Source: Escherichia coli (lineage in GTDB: Bacteria > Pseudomonadota > Gammaproteobacteria > Enterobacterales > Enterobacteriaceae). From it: a stretch of 64,000 nt of DNA. Shown here piece after piece: positions 21,218 to 29,714 of this stretch. Made by a program: the position numbers and the translations under genes. The stretch's first letter is position 1, and every line of letters begins with the position of its first letter. Location of the stretch: the NCBI RefSeq assembly GCF_048403405.1, contig NZ_CP183129.1; one strand, 5' to 3'. The notes under the pieces were generated by a model. The model was not told where the DNA came from. It saw nothing but the letters and a program-made list of their open reading frames with translations, and searched no databases.

Positions 21218-23689
21218 TTAAGAATCAGCCTGACTCGGGATCAGTTTTTGCCAGATAACTGAAACGTATTTTGCCTGGTAACGGGCGTCATCAAGTGCAT
21301 TATGGCGCTCACCTTCGAATGGAATAGCCGTTCTGGCATCGAAGTCTATGGCTTTCCCCAGCTCAACGATTGTGCGTACATCGCGATCGTTGTAGTAACG
21401 CCACGGGCAGGGGATCCCCTGCCGTTCGTATGAACGGCGCAAAATCGTGTTGTCGAAGTTGGCTCCATTTCCCCAAACCTGAACAAAAAATTCACCGGAG
21501 TTTTCGTCGATAAATTCCCGCAATTGTAACAGTGCATCATCTAACGGGATTTCATCGGTCATAATGGCAGATTGCGCTTCGCGTGATTGCTTAAGCCACC
21601 ATTTAATGGTGTCCCGATCAATGACTCCGCCAGCAGTTTCCAGATCGATAGTCTTACTAAATTCCGGTCCCATATCTCCGGTTTGCGGATCGAAAAATAT
21701 TGCACCTATTGAGATGATCGGGGCATCAGGATTTTTTCCCATGGTTTCAAGGTCGATCATTAGATGGTCACACGTCCTGCTGGTGGATGTGATTTCGTGA
21801 TGACCGTTCACCTTAATTGGGTGATCTGCCGTCTCGCCAGTTTCATTATCGCTATTGTGATGCTGATTGCCGCCAGTGTTCTCCTTGTGTGGATGTTCAG
21901 CGCCTTCCATTTCCTCCGGATCATCTTCCTGAACTTCAACCTGATACTCTTCATCGAATGTTTCTTGGTATGTTGCGTCGCCCATCACCGCGCCACAATC
22001 AGGGCAGTTGCCGCCGCCGGTCTGACCGCAGGCGGTGCAGGCTTTTTCCACTTCCTGTTGCGCCACTGGTTCAGGCTGTTTCGTTTCTGGCTCGTTTTGT
22101 AACGCATTTGGACTGTTTTGTTCCGCTTTTTGGTAGTTCCGTTCCGATTCATGCTGGTTCTGGTTCACAGAATCGCGGGTCTGGATCCCCTTAACCCATT
22201 TCGGATCATTCGGGTCACTAATCCCTTCAACAAATTCACCACGTGATGCAGCAAGCAACTTATCGGCGTCAGGCTGGCTGATATTGGCTGCCTGCATAAT
22301 TTTGTTTACTTCGTCAGCGGTAACTTTTATCGGCTCTGGTTGTTCTGAATCTTCAGCGGTATCTACATTTTGCGGTAAGCCCGTGTATGTGCCATTTTTT
22401 CGGGCAAAATATTCTTCTTTTGTGATTTCAGTGGCGCCAGCAGCCAGTGCCTTATCCAGACCAGAAAGTTTGTTTGCGCGACCGTATTTTTCTCCGTCCT
22501 TATCTGCGAAGAGGAAATAGAACGGCCCCTCACGCTCTACAGATGGTTCAGTTTCCGGCGCGGTTTCATTTTTTGGGATATCAGATACCTCAGTTTCCAC
22601 TGCATCAGTTTGTGTTTCTGATGACTGGAGAACAGCAACAGTGCCCAGGTCTGTTTCTTCATTCTCAAACACGCCCTTTGTCGTCAGGTATTCGCAGATA
22701 TATTTGTTCAGTGCTACGGGATCTTTGTGAATGTCGATCGGACGCTCACGGACAAGGCCAAAAATAGTTTGGCGGTCGTAGCGAAGGGCATCAGGCTGTT
22801 TGCGTATTGATGCCGAGATACGCTTCCAGTCTTCGCGGTCGTTGTCGATAACTTCTTTTTTTGCCCAGCGATGGATGCTGCCGTCAATGTTTCCGGCATC
22901 CACATCACCAGGCCAGAGAGCGTAGGCCAGTTCGTCATCCAGTGTTTTCCATGTCTGCTTGTATTCGCGATGAATGGCAGCAATGACCGAGCTGATTTTT
23001 CCTGTTGAATTTTCAGTGTACTGTTGATTGGCTCTGGCGCGGGCGAGATCAACAACAGACGTGTATTTTCCGGTTTCCTTGCGTTCACCTTCGCGACGTT
23101 TTTTCCAGATGCGCATCTCTGCCTGAATTTCGGGCCATTTAGCACCAGGAATACATTTATGCTTAACCCACCCAATGGCGTGCAACTTAAGCTCCGGATA
23201 CATGGCGTTAACTTCTGGCATTTTCATCAACGCTTCAACGATATGTCCGTCGAATGTTGCCATGTCTTCCTGCAACAATTCCTGTGCGCTAATAACCATA
23301 TCAACGGTGATGTTTTCACATGTGTCGAACTTAACCATGACAGCGTTCTGTACTTCAGGGGCCAGCTTGTCAAAAGTGACGTTCATCGGATCGGATTCAG
23401 TCTCAACCGGGACAAAAGAAGCAGACTCCTCATCCCAGCGGTTTTCCTGCATATATTCAGCATCCCATGAATCGAGGGCAGGGCGGGGTATGCCAGGTTT
23501 ATCCTCGCAGACAATAAATTTATAAGCGCAGTCCTGAGCAGCCGGATAATGTTCCAGGAATTGCCAGTGAAATTTTGCTCGAGCACGGCGTTCGTCGCCA
23601 GCTTCAATGGCTGTGGCTACAGCCACAGCGCCTTCTTCCCTTGTTGCCAGTTCGTCAGGAATAGCGGCGCAAATAAAGACTTTACTCAT
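21218..23689 (-). CDS. large early protein with C-terminal DnaQ-like DEDDh 3'-5' exonuclease domain (full-length counterpart of the truncated K-12 ydfE)
   Basis: 823 aa; C-terminal motifs MIDLETMG (Exo I), WGNGANFDNTIL (Exo II), HNALDDARYQAKYV (Exo III); central acidic low-complexity region and a CxxC...CxxC zinc ribbon (ACTACGQTGGGNCPDCG). Confidence 0.7.
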   Translation of the reverse strand: MSKVFICAAIPDELATREEGAVAVATAIEAGDERRARAKFHWQFLEHYPAAQDCAYKFIVCEDKPGIPRPALDSWDAEYMQENRWDEESASFVPVETESDPMNVTFDKLAPEVQNAVMVKFDTCENITVDMVISAQELLQEDMATFDGHIVEALMKMPEVNAMYPELKLHAIGWVKHKCIPGAKWPEIQAEMRIWKKRREGERKETGKYTSVVDLARARANQQYTENSTGKISSVIAAIHREYKQTWKTLDDELAYALWPGDVDAGNIDGSIHRWAKKEVIDNDREDWKRISASIRKQPDALRYDRQTIFGLVRERPIDIHKDPVALNKYICEYLTTKGVFENEETDLGTVAVLQSSETQTDAVETEVSDIPKNETAPETEPSVEREGPFYFLFADKDGEKYGRANKLSGLDKALAAGATEITKEEYFARKNGTYTGLPQNVDTAEDSEQPEPIKVTADEVNKIMQAANISQPDADKLLAASRGEFVEGISDPNDPKWVKGIQTRDSVNQNQHESERNYQKAEQNSPNALQNEPETKQPEPVAQQEVEKACTACGQTGGGNCPDCGAVMGDATYQETFDEEYQVEVQEDDPEEMEGAEHPHKENTGGNQHHNSDNETGETADHPIKVNGHHEITSTSRTCDHLMIDLETMGKNPDAPIISIGAIFFDPQTGDMGPEFSKTIDLETAGGVIDRDTIKWWLKQSREAQSAIMTDEIPLDDALLQLREFIDENSGEFFVQVWGNGANFDNTILRRSYERQGIPCPWRYYNDRDVRTIVELGKAIDFDARTAIPFEGERHNALDDARYQAKYVSVIWQKLIPSQADS

Positions 23690-23782
23690 TTTGTTTTAAC
23701 CTCATGACAGATTTAAGGATGAACAAATCCCTGCCATTGCTGGAATATAAGAATGAAACCGGATATTTATTACGGAACTGTT

Positions 23783-23974
23783 TTAAAGACCTGCCGGGAT
23801 TTCGATATTATCCTGGTGAATAACTTTATCGACCGGGTAACAGTTACCGGGAATTTTCTGTTCGGTTGCTGCAGTCATACACTCCTGCATTGTCCTGTGA
23901 ACACTGACTGCAATATCAACTGGCACTCCGGAAACAAGAAAAACTGTCAGAACAAGCGCAAATGCTGAATTCAT
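23783..23974 (-). CDS. ydfD: small membrane-targeted lysis/toxic protein
   Basis: 63 aa from MNSAFALVLTVFLVSGVPVDIAVSVH..., N-terminal hydrophobic segment; directly downstream of dicB. Confidence 0.7.
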   Translation of the reverse strand: MNSAFALVLTVFLVSGVPVDIAVSVHRTMQECMTAATEQKIPGNCYPVDKVIHQDNIEIPAGL

Positions 23975-24159
23975 TGTGCACATCCTTTTGGCATCAGACG
24001 TAAACGAGCCAGCATTGAAACAATGCATATTTTATTTAATAGCTCCCGTTCTTGTTTTCTCTTGTTAATGGCATCTTCAGTAAATACAGGGTTACTGATA
24101 GTGACACCAATTTCAAAACAACCTTCAGACGTATTAACGTTTGGTAATAACGTTTTCAT
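23971..24159 (-). CDS. dicB: cell-division inhibitor DicB (MinC-dependent FtsZ-ring inhibitor)
   Basis: 62 aa, MKTLLPNVNTSEGCFEIGVTISNPVFTEDAINKRKQERELLNKICIVSMLARLRLMPKGCAQ; immediately downstream of dicF. Confidence 0.8.
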   Translation of the reverse strand: MKTLLPNVNTSEGCFEIGVTISNPVFTEDAINKRKQERELLNKICIVSMLARLRLMPKGCAQ

Positions 24160-24333
24160 TATCGCGTCCTCAACAATGAATTTTGTGATGCAGTGCCTGG
24201 TGCCTCCAGGTGACGTTAACCAGTTAACAATTAACGTCGGATACAGAGAATCCACCCATAACACTGTTTTTGGTTTTAACTGTTCCGCGTGCGCTTAGCC
24301 GCATTCACCGCATCACAAAATTCACTTTAAAAA

Positions 24334-24386
24334 CGGCGGCAGAGCAGTCACGGAGTAAAACTGATACCGCCAAACGTCACCAGAAA
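24334..24386 (-). ncRNA. dicF: DicF small regulatory RNA (antisense inhibitor of ftsZ mRNA)
   Basis: Minus strand reads ...UUUCUGGUGACGUUUGGCGGUAUCAGUUUUACUCCGUGACUGCUCUGCCGCCG followed by a U tract, matching my recollection of the 53-nt DicF sequence except at the last two bases. Confidence 0.8.
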
Positions 24387-24663
24387 ATTGATAACAGAGG
24401 GCGTTGCAGCGGGGTTGTCACTTAAGCGTATGGTCAACCTGACAACTCGGTGTCCTCAACGGGGAAGGAATAACCCCGCCATACTTACCGCCGCGCCATT
24501 TTGCGGGTTGCCACAACCGGAAGCGCACGGTCGAATTAAATTTAACGACACCGTACAGTGAGACGAACTTCGCCGTGCGCTTTCGTGTTGTGTGCCTGCT
24601 TTTAACCACGTCAGGCGAGGTGGTATCCTTAAAATCACCACAGTTTTAAGGATTCATTAAGCA

Positions 24664-24984
24664 ATGTCGCAACCACCAATAAATCCGCTTAAGAACATGA
24701 AAATTGATTACTGGTATAAAGCGCTTACAGTTGTTGGCGCTGCGTTGTTTGTCTTTAATGGAACGTCTTTTTTTGACAGATATCCCGTTGTTCCATTGGG
24801 TTTTTTGTCCTCCGGCATCTTTTTTATTGGTTTGGGGGAGTGGATTAATCACCCTCTCAAAGTGAGATTTATTGGTCCTGGAGTTTGGACTCGTGGATAT
24901 AATCGTTCTTCGTGCGCACTCGGTATCATCTTCGACATACTTGGTTGTTTCCTGATTGTTACAGGAGTCGTCAAGTTCTTCTGA
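24664..24984 (+). CDS. hypothetical small membrane protein (3 predicted TM helices)
   Basis: ATG preceded by AAGGA at -8; hydrophobic segments YKALTVVGAALFVF, GFLSSGIFFIGLGEWI, ALGIIFDILGCFLIVTGVV. Overlaps a long minus-strand ORF, so the assignment is ambiguous. Confidence 0.35.
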   Translation: MSQPPINPLKNMKIDYWYKALTVVGAALFVFNGTSFFDRYPVVPLGFLSSGIFFIGLGEWINHPLKVRFIGPGVWTRGYNRSSCALGIIFDILGCFLIVTGVVKFF

Positions 24985-24989
24985 TGTAA

Positions 24990-25221
24990 AACCGCAAATG
25001 GGGCACGTAACGGGAATTTTGAAAAGCGTTTCTCCGGGTTCCAGAACAAAATTTTCTGCGGTCTGATTTTGCTTCTCATATTTGTGCTCCGCGTCATTGT
25101 GAGAGCACATTCTTATTCTGAGTGCCTGTTTAAACTCACTGAAGCTGAGAGCTTCTTCGCCTTCGGCAAGGCCTTCGAAGTATTCTTCGTAAGCCTTTTC
25201 CATGATTGTGTCGAAATCCAT
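24990..25221 (-). CDS. hypothetical acidic early protein with CxxC motif (ydfB/ydfC position); 3' boundary uncertain
   Basis: N-terminal part of minus ORF 24646..25263: MDFDTIMEKAYEEYFEGLAEGEE...TCPICGF looks protein-like; the remainder of the ORF is antisense to the plus-strand membrane ORF and looks spurious. Confidence 0.3.
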
Positions 25222-25222
25222 A

Positions 25223-25378
25223 TCACTCACCTGAGTTTCTTTCCAGCCAGCGACGGGCACCATTTTCGGTTTTAAACGTTTTGCTTTTGGTATACGTCAT
25301 CGCGGTGAACGTGCCGTCCTGGTTGGGGAACACGCCACATACCAGAGATTCGCTGTTGCCAAGATCGATAGTATCCAT
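25223..25378 (-). CDS. hypothetical small early protein (ydfA-like, 51 aa)
   Basis: Internal Met of ORF 25223..25432: MDTIDLGNSESLVCGVFPNQDGTFTAMTYTKSKTFKTENGARRWLERNSGE; first gene downstream of dicA, as ydfA is in Qin. Confidence 0.4.
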   Translation of the reverse strand: MDTIDLGNSESLVCGVFPNQDGTFTAMTYTKSKTFKTENGARRWLERNSGE

Positions 25379-25491
25379 GCTGACCTCATTTCCCCTTAAC
25401 GCCGGGGTCGCGGAACTGTTTGCTGAGAACACCGTGCGGTGTCTTGATGGAAAGTAATTTAGAATAACCTAACATGAGAGGCAAGTGTTTT

Positions 25492-25511
25492 TTGTTAGAT
25501 TGATCTAACAA
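25492..25511. promoter_or_regulatory. candidate operator (OL-like) - near-perfect palindrome TTGTTAGATTGATCTAACAA
   Basis: 8-bp inverted arms TTGTTAGA/TCTAACAA just downstream of dicA; the TTAGA...TCTAA half-site recurs in the dicA-dicC intergenic region. Confidence 0.5.
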
Positions 25512-25546
25512 AAAGAGTGGGCGCAACTAATCACTTGAAAAGAATG

Positions 25547-25954
25547 TTATTTTATTGATTTATTTTTACGCGCTTTAAGCATTTCTTCGAAGAGTTTGTT
25601 GAAGTTTTCTACTCTTGCGCGCATTTCAGACAGCAAGGCTTCCTGCTCGGAAGATGGAAGAGCATCGAATAATTCGATCAATTCTTTGTGGTTGGGAGTT
25701 AGCTCTGTTTCCACATGAAGTTCTTGTGCAGGCACTGGTGCCTTGTCTTCGTCACCAAACATTAGCCATGTAGGTGAGCACTTCAGAGCATCCGCTAAAG
25801 CAAACAATCGTTTTCCGACTGGCTGGGTTTCGTCTCTTTCCCATTGTGAAATTGTGACGTGAGCAACTCCAGCGAGGCGCGCAGCTTCTCGTTGTGTTAA
25901 GCGTAATTCTTTTCGTCGCGCCAGAACTCGCTGGCCTAGGGTTCTTGTATCCAT
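25547..25954 (-). CDS. dicA: immunity repressor, HTH_XRE family (DicA-like)
   Basis: 135 aa; HTH LTQREAARLAGVAHVTISQWERDETQP; divergent from a Cro-like gene. Confidence 0.75.
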   Translation of the reverse strand: MDTRTLGQRVLARRKELRLTQREAARLAGVAHVTISQWERDETQPVGKRLFALADALKCSPTWLMFGDEDKAPVPAQELHVETELTPNHKELIELFDALPSSEQEALLSEMRARVENFNKLFEEMLKARKNKSIK

Positions 25955-25955
25955 A

Positions 25956-26025
25956 GTTAGGTAATTCTAATTTTTCTTGACTTAGGTATCCCGCGCACAA
26001 TAATGTTAGAAAAGTCTAACAAGAG
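25956..26025. promoter_or_regulatory. divergent promoter/operator region between dicA and dicC (OR-like)
   Basis: Inverted repeats TTAGGTAATTCTAA (25956-25969) and TGTTAGAAAAGTCTAACA (26004-26021) plus a TTGACT -35-like hexamer between the divergent repressor genes. Confidence 0.5.
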
Positions 26026-26034
26026 GGGGCTTTG

Positions 26035-26262
26035 ATGCTTAAAGTTGACGCAATTACTTTTTTTGGCAGCAAAACAAAGCTTGCCAATGCCGCAGGAGTG
26101 AGACTGGCAAGTGTTGCTGCTTGGGGGATACTGGTTCCTGAAGGTCGCGCGATGCGTCTACAGGAGGCATCTGGCGGGGAGCTTCAGTATGATCCCAAAG
26201 TTTATGACGAATATCGTAAGACGAAGCGGGCGGGGCGGTTGAACAATGAAAATCACTCCTGA
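26035..26262 (+). CDS. dicC: Cro-like small HTH regulator (DicC-like)
   Basis: About 76 aa, HTH KTKLANAAGVRLASVAAWG; good RBS (AGAGGGGGC) before the ATG. Confidence 0.7.
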   Translation: MLKVDAITFFGSKTKLANAAGVRLASVAAWGILVPEGRAMRLQEASGGELQYDPKVYDEYRKTKRAGRLNNENHS

Positions 26263-26767
26263 ACAGGCTCGTGAGGCTCTGGATGCCTGGATATGTCGAC
26301 CAGGAATGACACAGGAGCAGGCGACGATATTAATCACTGAAGCATTCTGGGCTTTGAAAGAGCGCCCGAACATCGATGTTCAGCGTGTCACATATGAAGG
26401 TGGCGCGGTTGATCAGCGAGCGCTTAGCGTTAATCGAGTGAAGATATTCGAACGCTGGAAGGCTATCGACACCAGGGATAAGCGTGAAAAGTTCACAGCG
26501 CTAGTGCCTGCAATTATGGAGGCTATCCGGATTAGTGATTTCAGGTTGTATCGTGAGATCAGTGATGGAAAAAGTATTACGTACATGATCGCCGGGTTAA
26601 ATAAAGAATATGGCGATGTGGTGGAATCCGGACTGCTTTTTGCAGATCCTGCCGTTGTAGATCGTGAAACTGACGAACTTATAGAAAAAGCAATTGCTTT
26701 CAAGCTTGCGTATCGACAGCAATACCAACAAAAAGCTGGATGGAATTATGAGTCTTCTTTTTGCTGA
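26246..26767 (+). CDS. hypothetical early protein (cII/YdaT-like position)
   Basis: 173-aa ORF between the cro-like and replication genes; no recognisable catalytic motif. Confidence 0.5.
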   Translation: MKITPEQAREALDAWICRPGMTQEQATILITEAFWALKERPNIDVQRVTYEGGAVDQRALSVNRVKIFERWKAIDTRDKREKFTALVPAIMEAIRISDFRLYREISDGKSITYMIAGLNKEYGDVVESGLLFADPAVVDRETDELIEKAIAFKLAYRQQYQQKAGWNYESSFC

Positions 26768-27713
26768 ACGCCCACTGGTTATAAACACGCAGCTGGCAAT
26801 GAAAATCGGCTTAAACGAAGCCATTGTTTTGCAACAACTGCACTACTGGTTGAGAGATACCAACTCCGGTATGGAATGTGATGGTGTTCGCTGGATTTAT
26901 AACACAACGGAACAATGGCTGGAACAGTTCCCATTCTGGTCAGAGTCAACGTTAAAGCGCGCGTTTGCAAGTCTGAAAACGCTGGGGCTTTTGCGTTGTG
27001 AAAAGCTCAATAAATCAAAGCGCGATATGACCAATTTCTACACGATCAACTATGGGAGCGAGCTTTTAGATGGTGGCAAATTGAACGAATCCATCGGTTC
27101 AAAATGCGCCGCTCCATCAGGTCAAAATGACACGATGGAAGAGGTCAAAATGAAACGCTCCATTGGTTCAAAACGACCCAATGTCATCGGGTCAAAATGG
27201 CCTGATGATCTTACAGAGAATACAACAGAGATTACTACAGAGAATAAAAACACTTTTCGTCCGGAAGCTTCGCAACCGGACCCGCAGACGACTGAACAGG
27301 ATTTTTTAACCCGGAACCCCGACGCGGTTGTGTTTAGTGTGAAAAAACGCCAGTGGGGTAGCAGGGAGGATTTGGCGTGTGCGCAGTGGATTTGGGGGCG
27401 GATCGTGAACCTTTACGAACAGGCTGCCAGCGACGATGGAGAGATCATGCGACCAAAAGAGCCTAACTGGACAGCCTGGGCCAATGACGTGCGCACAATG
27501 CGGATGCTGGATGGCAGAAGCCACAGACAAATTTGCGAAATGTTTGGTCGGGTACAGCGGGATCCATTCTGGGTAAAAAACATCATGAGCCCGTCAAAAC
27601 TCCGCGAAAAATGGGACGAACTGGTCATCCGCCTGGGACGTTCACCTGTACAGCGTTGTGTTAATCATATTTCTGAACCGGATACAGAAATTCCGCCTGG
27701 TTTCAGGGGATAA
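26748..27713 (+). CDS. phage replication initiator / replisome organiser (O-like) with internal origin
   Basis: N-terminal winged-helix-like region; the mid-gene DNA carries five iterons, so the protein shows the periodic IGSK/IGSKW motif. Confidence 0.7.
   Translation: MSLLFAERPLVINTQLAMKIGLNEAIVLQQLHYWLRDTNSGMECDGVRWIYNTTEQWLEQFPFWSESTLKRAFASLKTLGLLRCEKLNKSKRDMTNFYTINYGSELLDGGKLNESIGSKCAAPSGQNDTMEEVKMKRSIGSKRPNVIGSKWPDDLTENTTEITTENKNTFRPEASQPDPQTTEQDFLTRNPDAVVFSVKKRQWGSREDLACAQWIWGRIVNLYEQAASDDGEIMRPKEPNWTAWANDVRTMRMLDGRSHRQICEMFGRVQRDPFWVKNIMSPSKLREKWDELVIRLGRSPVQRCVNHISEPDTEIPPGFRG
27090..27200 (+). repeat. origin iterons: five direct repeats of ~TCGGTTCAAAATG spaced 23-25 bp
   Basis: ATCGGTTCAAAATG (27091), ATCAGGTCAAAATG (27115), GAGGTCAAAATG (27141), ATTGGTTCAAAACG (27162), ATCGGGTCAAAATG (27186), followed by an A+T-rich repeat-containing stretch to about 27270. 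Confidence 0.75.
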
Positions 27714-27753
27714 GTGTTGATTTCAGGTCATGAGATAATTTTAAGGGGGACTT

Positions 27754-28155
27754 GTGGCAAAAGTTTTTACACAAGAAGAGCGGGAAAAAATTAAAGGGCA
27801 GGTTGTTGAACTCGTACGCCGGAGTGGGCGTGAGACGTTACGGCAACTGGAAGTCAAGACAGGTGCGACAAGATATCTGATGAGCGTTCTCGCAAGAGAG
27901 CTGGTTGCCAGCGGCGATGTATACAACTCTGGTTACGGGTTATTCCCGTCTGAACAGGCGCGTAAGGACTGGCAAAATGCCCGTAAAAAGCTCTCAAGGG
28001 CAAAGCTGAAGAAACCATCTGCGGTTGATCCGGACCTTATCTGGTCATTACCTGACGGAGAAATACGTCGCTACGACAGGCGTCAGAACATAATCTGCCG
28101 CGAGTGCCGGAAGAGTGAAGTTATGCAGCGCATACTGGCATTTTATCAGGGATAA
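27754..28155 (+). CDS. hypothetical protein
   Basis: 133-aa ORF with RBS; basic, contains CRECRK; immediately upstream of the AT-rich island. Confidence 0.45.
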   Translation: MAKVFTQEEREKIKGQVVELVRRSGRETLRQLEVKTGATRYLMSVLARELVASGDVYNSGYGLFPSEQARKDWQNARKKLSRAKLKKPSAVDPDLIWSLPDGEIRRYDRRQNIICRECRKSEVMQRILAFYQG

Positions 28156-28636
28156 TGTTAGGTATTTTAGACGTTACTAGATTAAAAAGCATTAGTTCAG
28201 GAGTGAATTGACATTCTCATTTTTCATGGCACAGGGTAGATCTGGCGTGGTTGTCCGCTTTGTGCCAACAGCGGACGTTACTAACGAAACTGTGAGTTAA
28301 AAACGGGAGCTGGTCACCTCCATCCCGCGAAATGGAATTCAAAAATGCCCTCATGTACGGTACTTCTAGTCTGATGTGAGCATTTTCGTGGATTTTTTCG
28401 AGCCACTCCAACGAATGATTACATTCAGTTTCGGGCACTAAAACGTCATAAATCCGCAAGTTGAGGAGTAGCGATCAGCCAATTGGTTAAAAAACAGCTT
28501 TAATTCCCTTTTTCAAGCAGGCTCCTTGTCGCACGTCTGGTGCATCCAATTCATTTCAGTTACCCTGATGCCATACTGGCACGGACTAGCTCTCTTAATT
28601 GGCGCTGGTTTGTTAACCTTGTCCGCTGTCGGGTCT

Positions 28637-28667
28637 TTGTAAGTTGTAATTCCTAAACTAGCATAAT
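28637..28667 (+). promoter_or_regulatory. candidate sigma70 promoter for the RelA/SpoT-domain gene
   Basis: TTGTAA (28637-28642), 19-bp spacer, CATAAT (28662-28667), about 20 bp upstream of the ATG at 28689. Confidence 0.35.
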
Positions 28668-28688
28668 TTTATTATAAGGCCTCTTACT

Positions 28689-29714
28689 ATGCACATTTTA
28701 TCTGTTTCAAAAAAGGAAGTTGGAAGAGCTGGGGATAGATTAGTTTCTCAGTTTGGTACAGGTGAAAAATATAAAGAGGAAGATGTACAAATTCTTCATG
28801 AGTGGAGGATGTTGCATTTATATCCTTTAAGTAAAATACAATTTTATATGGAAAGAGAGGCTATTTCCTTAAACAAAAATGCGTTACTATCCTCTAGAAT
28901 TAAGAGGATGCCTTCCATTGTTACTAAGCTTTCTAGATTTCCTGATATGAAGTTAAATAAGATGCAGGATCTTGGTGGGTGCCGGGCTATTTTAAATAAT
29001 CTGGATCAAGTGTATGATTTAGTTAATAAAATAAAATCATCTAAATTCTCACATGAACTAGTTAGAATGGATGATTACATGATAGACGTGAAAGATTCTG
29101 GTTATAGAAGCTTTCATATGGTCTATTCATTCCAAAATAAAAAATTTCCATCTTTAAATGGGTTGCGCATTGAAATGCAAATAAGAACAGCTATTCAACA
29201 TAGCTGGGCTACAGCAGTTGAAATGGTTGGTTTGTTTCGAAAGGAATCATTGAAATCTGGTTTTGGTGATGCAAGATGGCTTAGGTTTTTTGAATTGGTA
29301 TCAGAGCTTTTTTATAAACTTGAGTATGAAAAAGAACCATCTGGGAGTTATATAAAAATATCAGAAGAATTAAGTTATTTATCCGTCGAGTTGAATGTTT
29401 TCGATATATTAGCTGCTTACAATGCCGTAGTTAGCCATATTGAGGGTAGCAAAAAATATGATAAAGGACTTTGCATAATTGTTGTTGATACCATAAAGCG
29501 GAATATAAATATAAAGAGCTTCGAAAATCACAATCATGCGAAGGCGGCAGAAGCTTATGTCGAGTCTGAAAAATACTGCGCGGAAAATAAAGGCTGTGAA
29601 GTGGCTATGGTTTCTGTTAGTTCAATTAGTGAATTAAAAAATGCATATCCTGCTTACTTTTTAGATACGAAAACTTTTTTAAATTATCTCAGTAGGTATG
29701 TTTTTATAAAATAA
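28689..29714 (+). CDS. RelA/SpoT-domain nucleotidyltransferase (small-alarmone-synthetase / toxSAS-like) with uncharacterised C-terminal domain
   Basis: 341 aa. All synthetase-fold motifs present in order: RIKRMPSIVTK, DLGGCRAIL, YRSFHMVY, EMQIRTAIQHSWATAVE. C-terminal ~150 aa unrecognised. The gene lies in a conspicuously AT-rich island. Confidence 0.8.
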   Translation: MHILSVSKKEVGRAGDRLVSQFGTGEKYKEEDVQILHEWRMLHLYPLSKIQFYMEREAISLNKNALLSSRIKRMPSIVTKLSRFPDMKLNKMQDLGGCRAILNNLDQVYDLVNKIKSSKFSHELVRMDDYMIDVKDSGYRSFHMVYSFQNKKFPSLNGLRIEMQIRTAIQHSWATAVEMVGLFRKESLKSGFGDARWLRFFELVSELFYKLEYEKEPSGSYIKISEELSYLSVELNVFDILAAYNAVVSHIEGSKKYDKGLCIIVVDTIKRNINIKSFENHNHAKAAEAYVESEKYCAENKGCEVAMVSVSSISELKNAYPAYFLDTKTFLNYLSRYVFIK

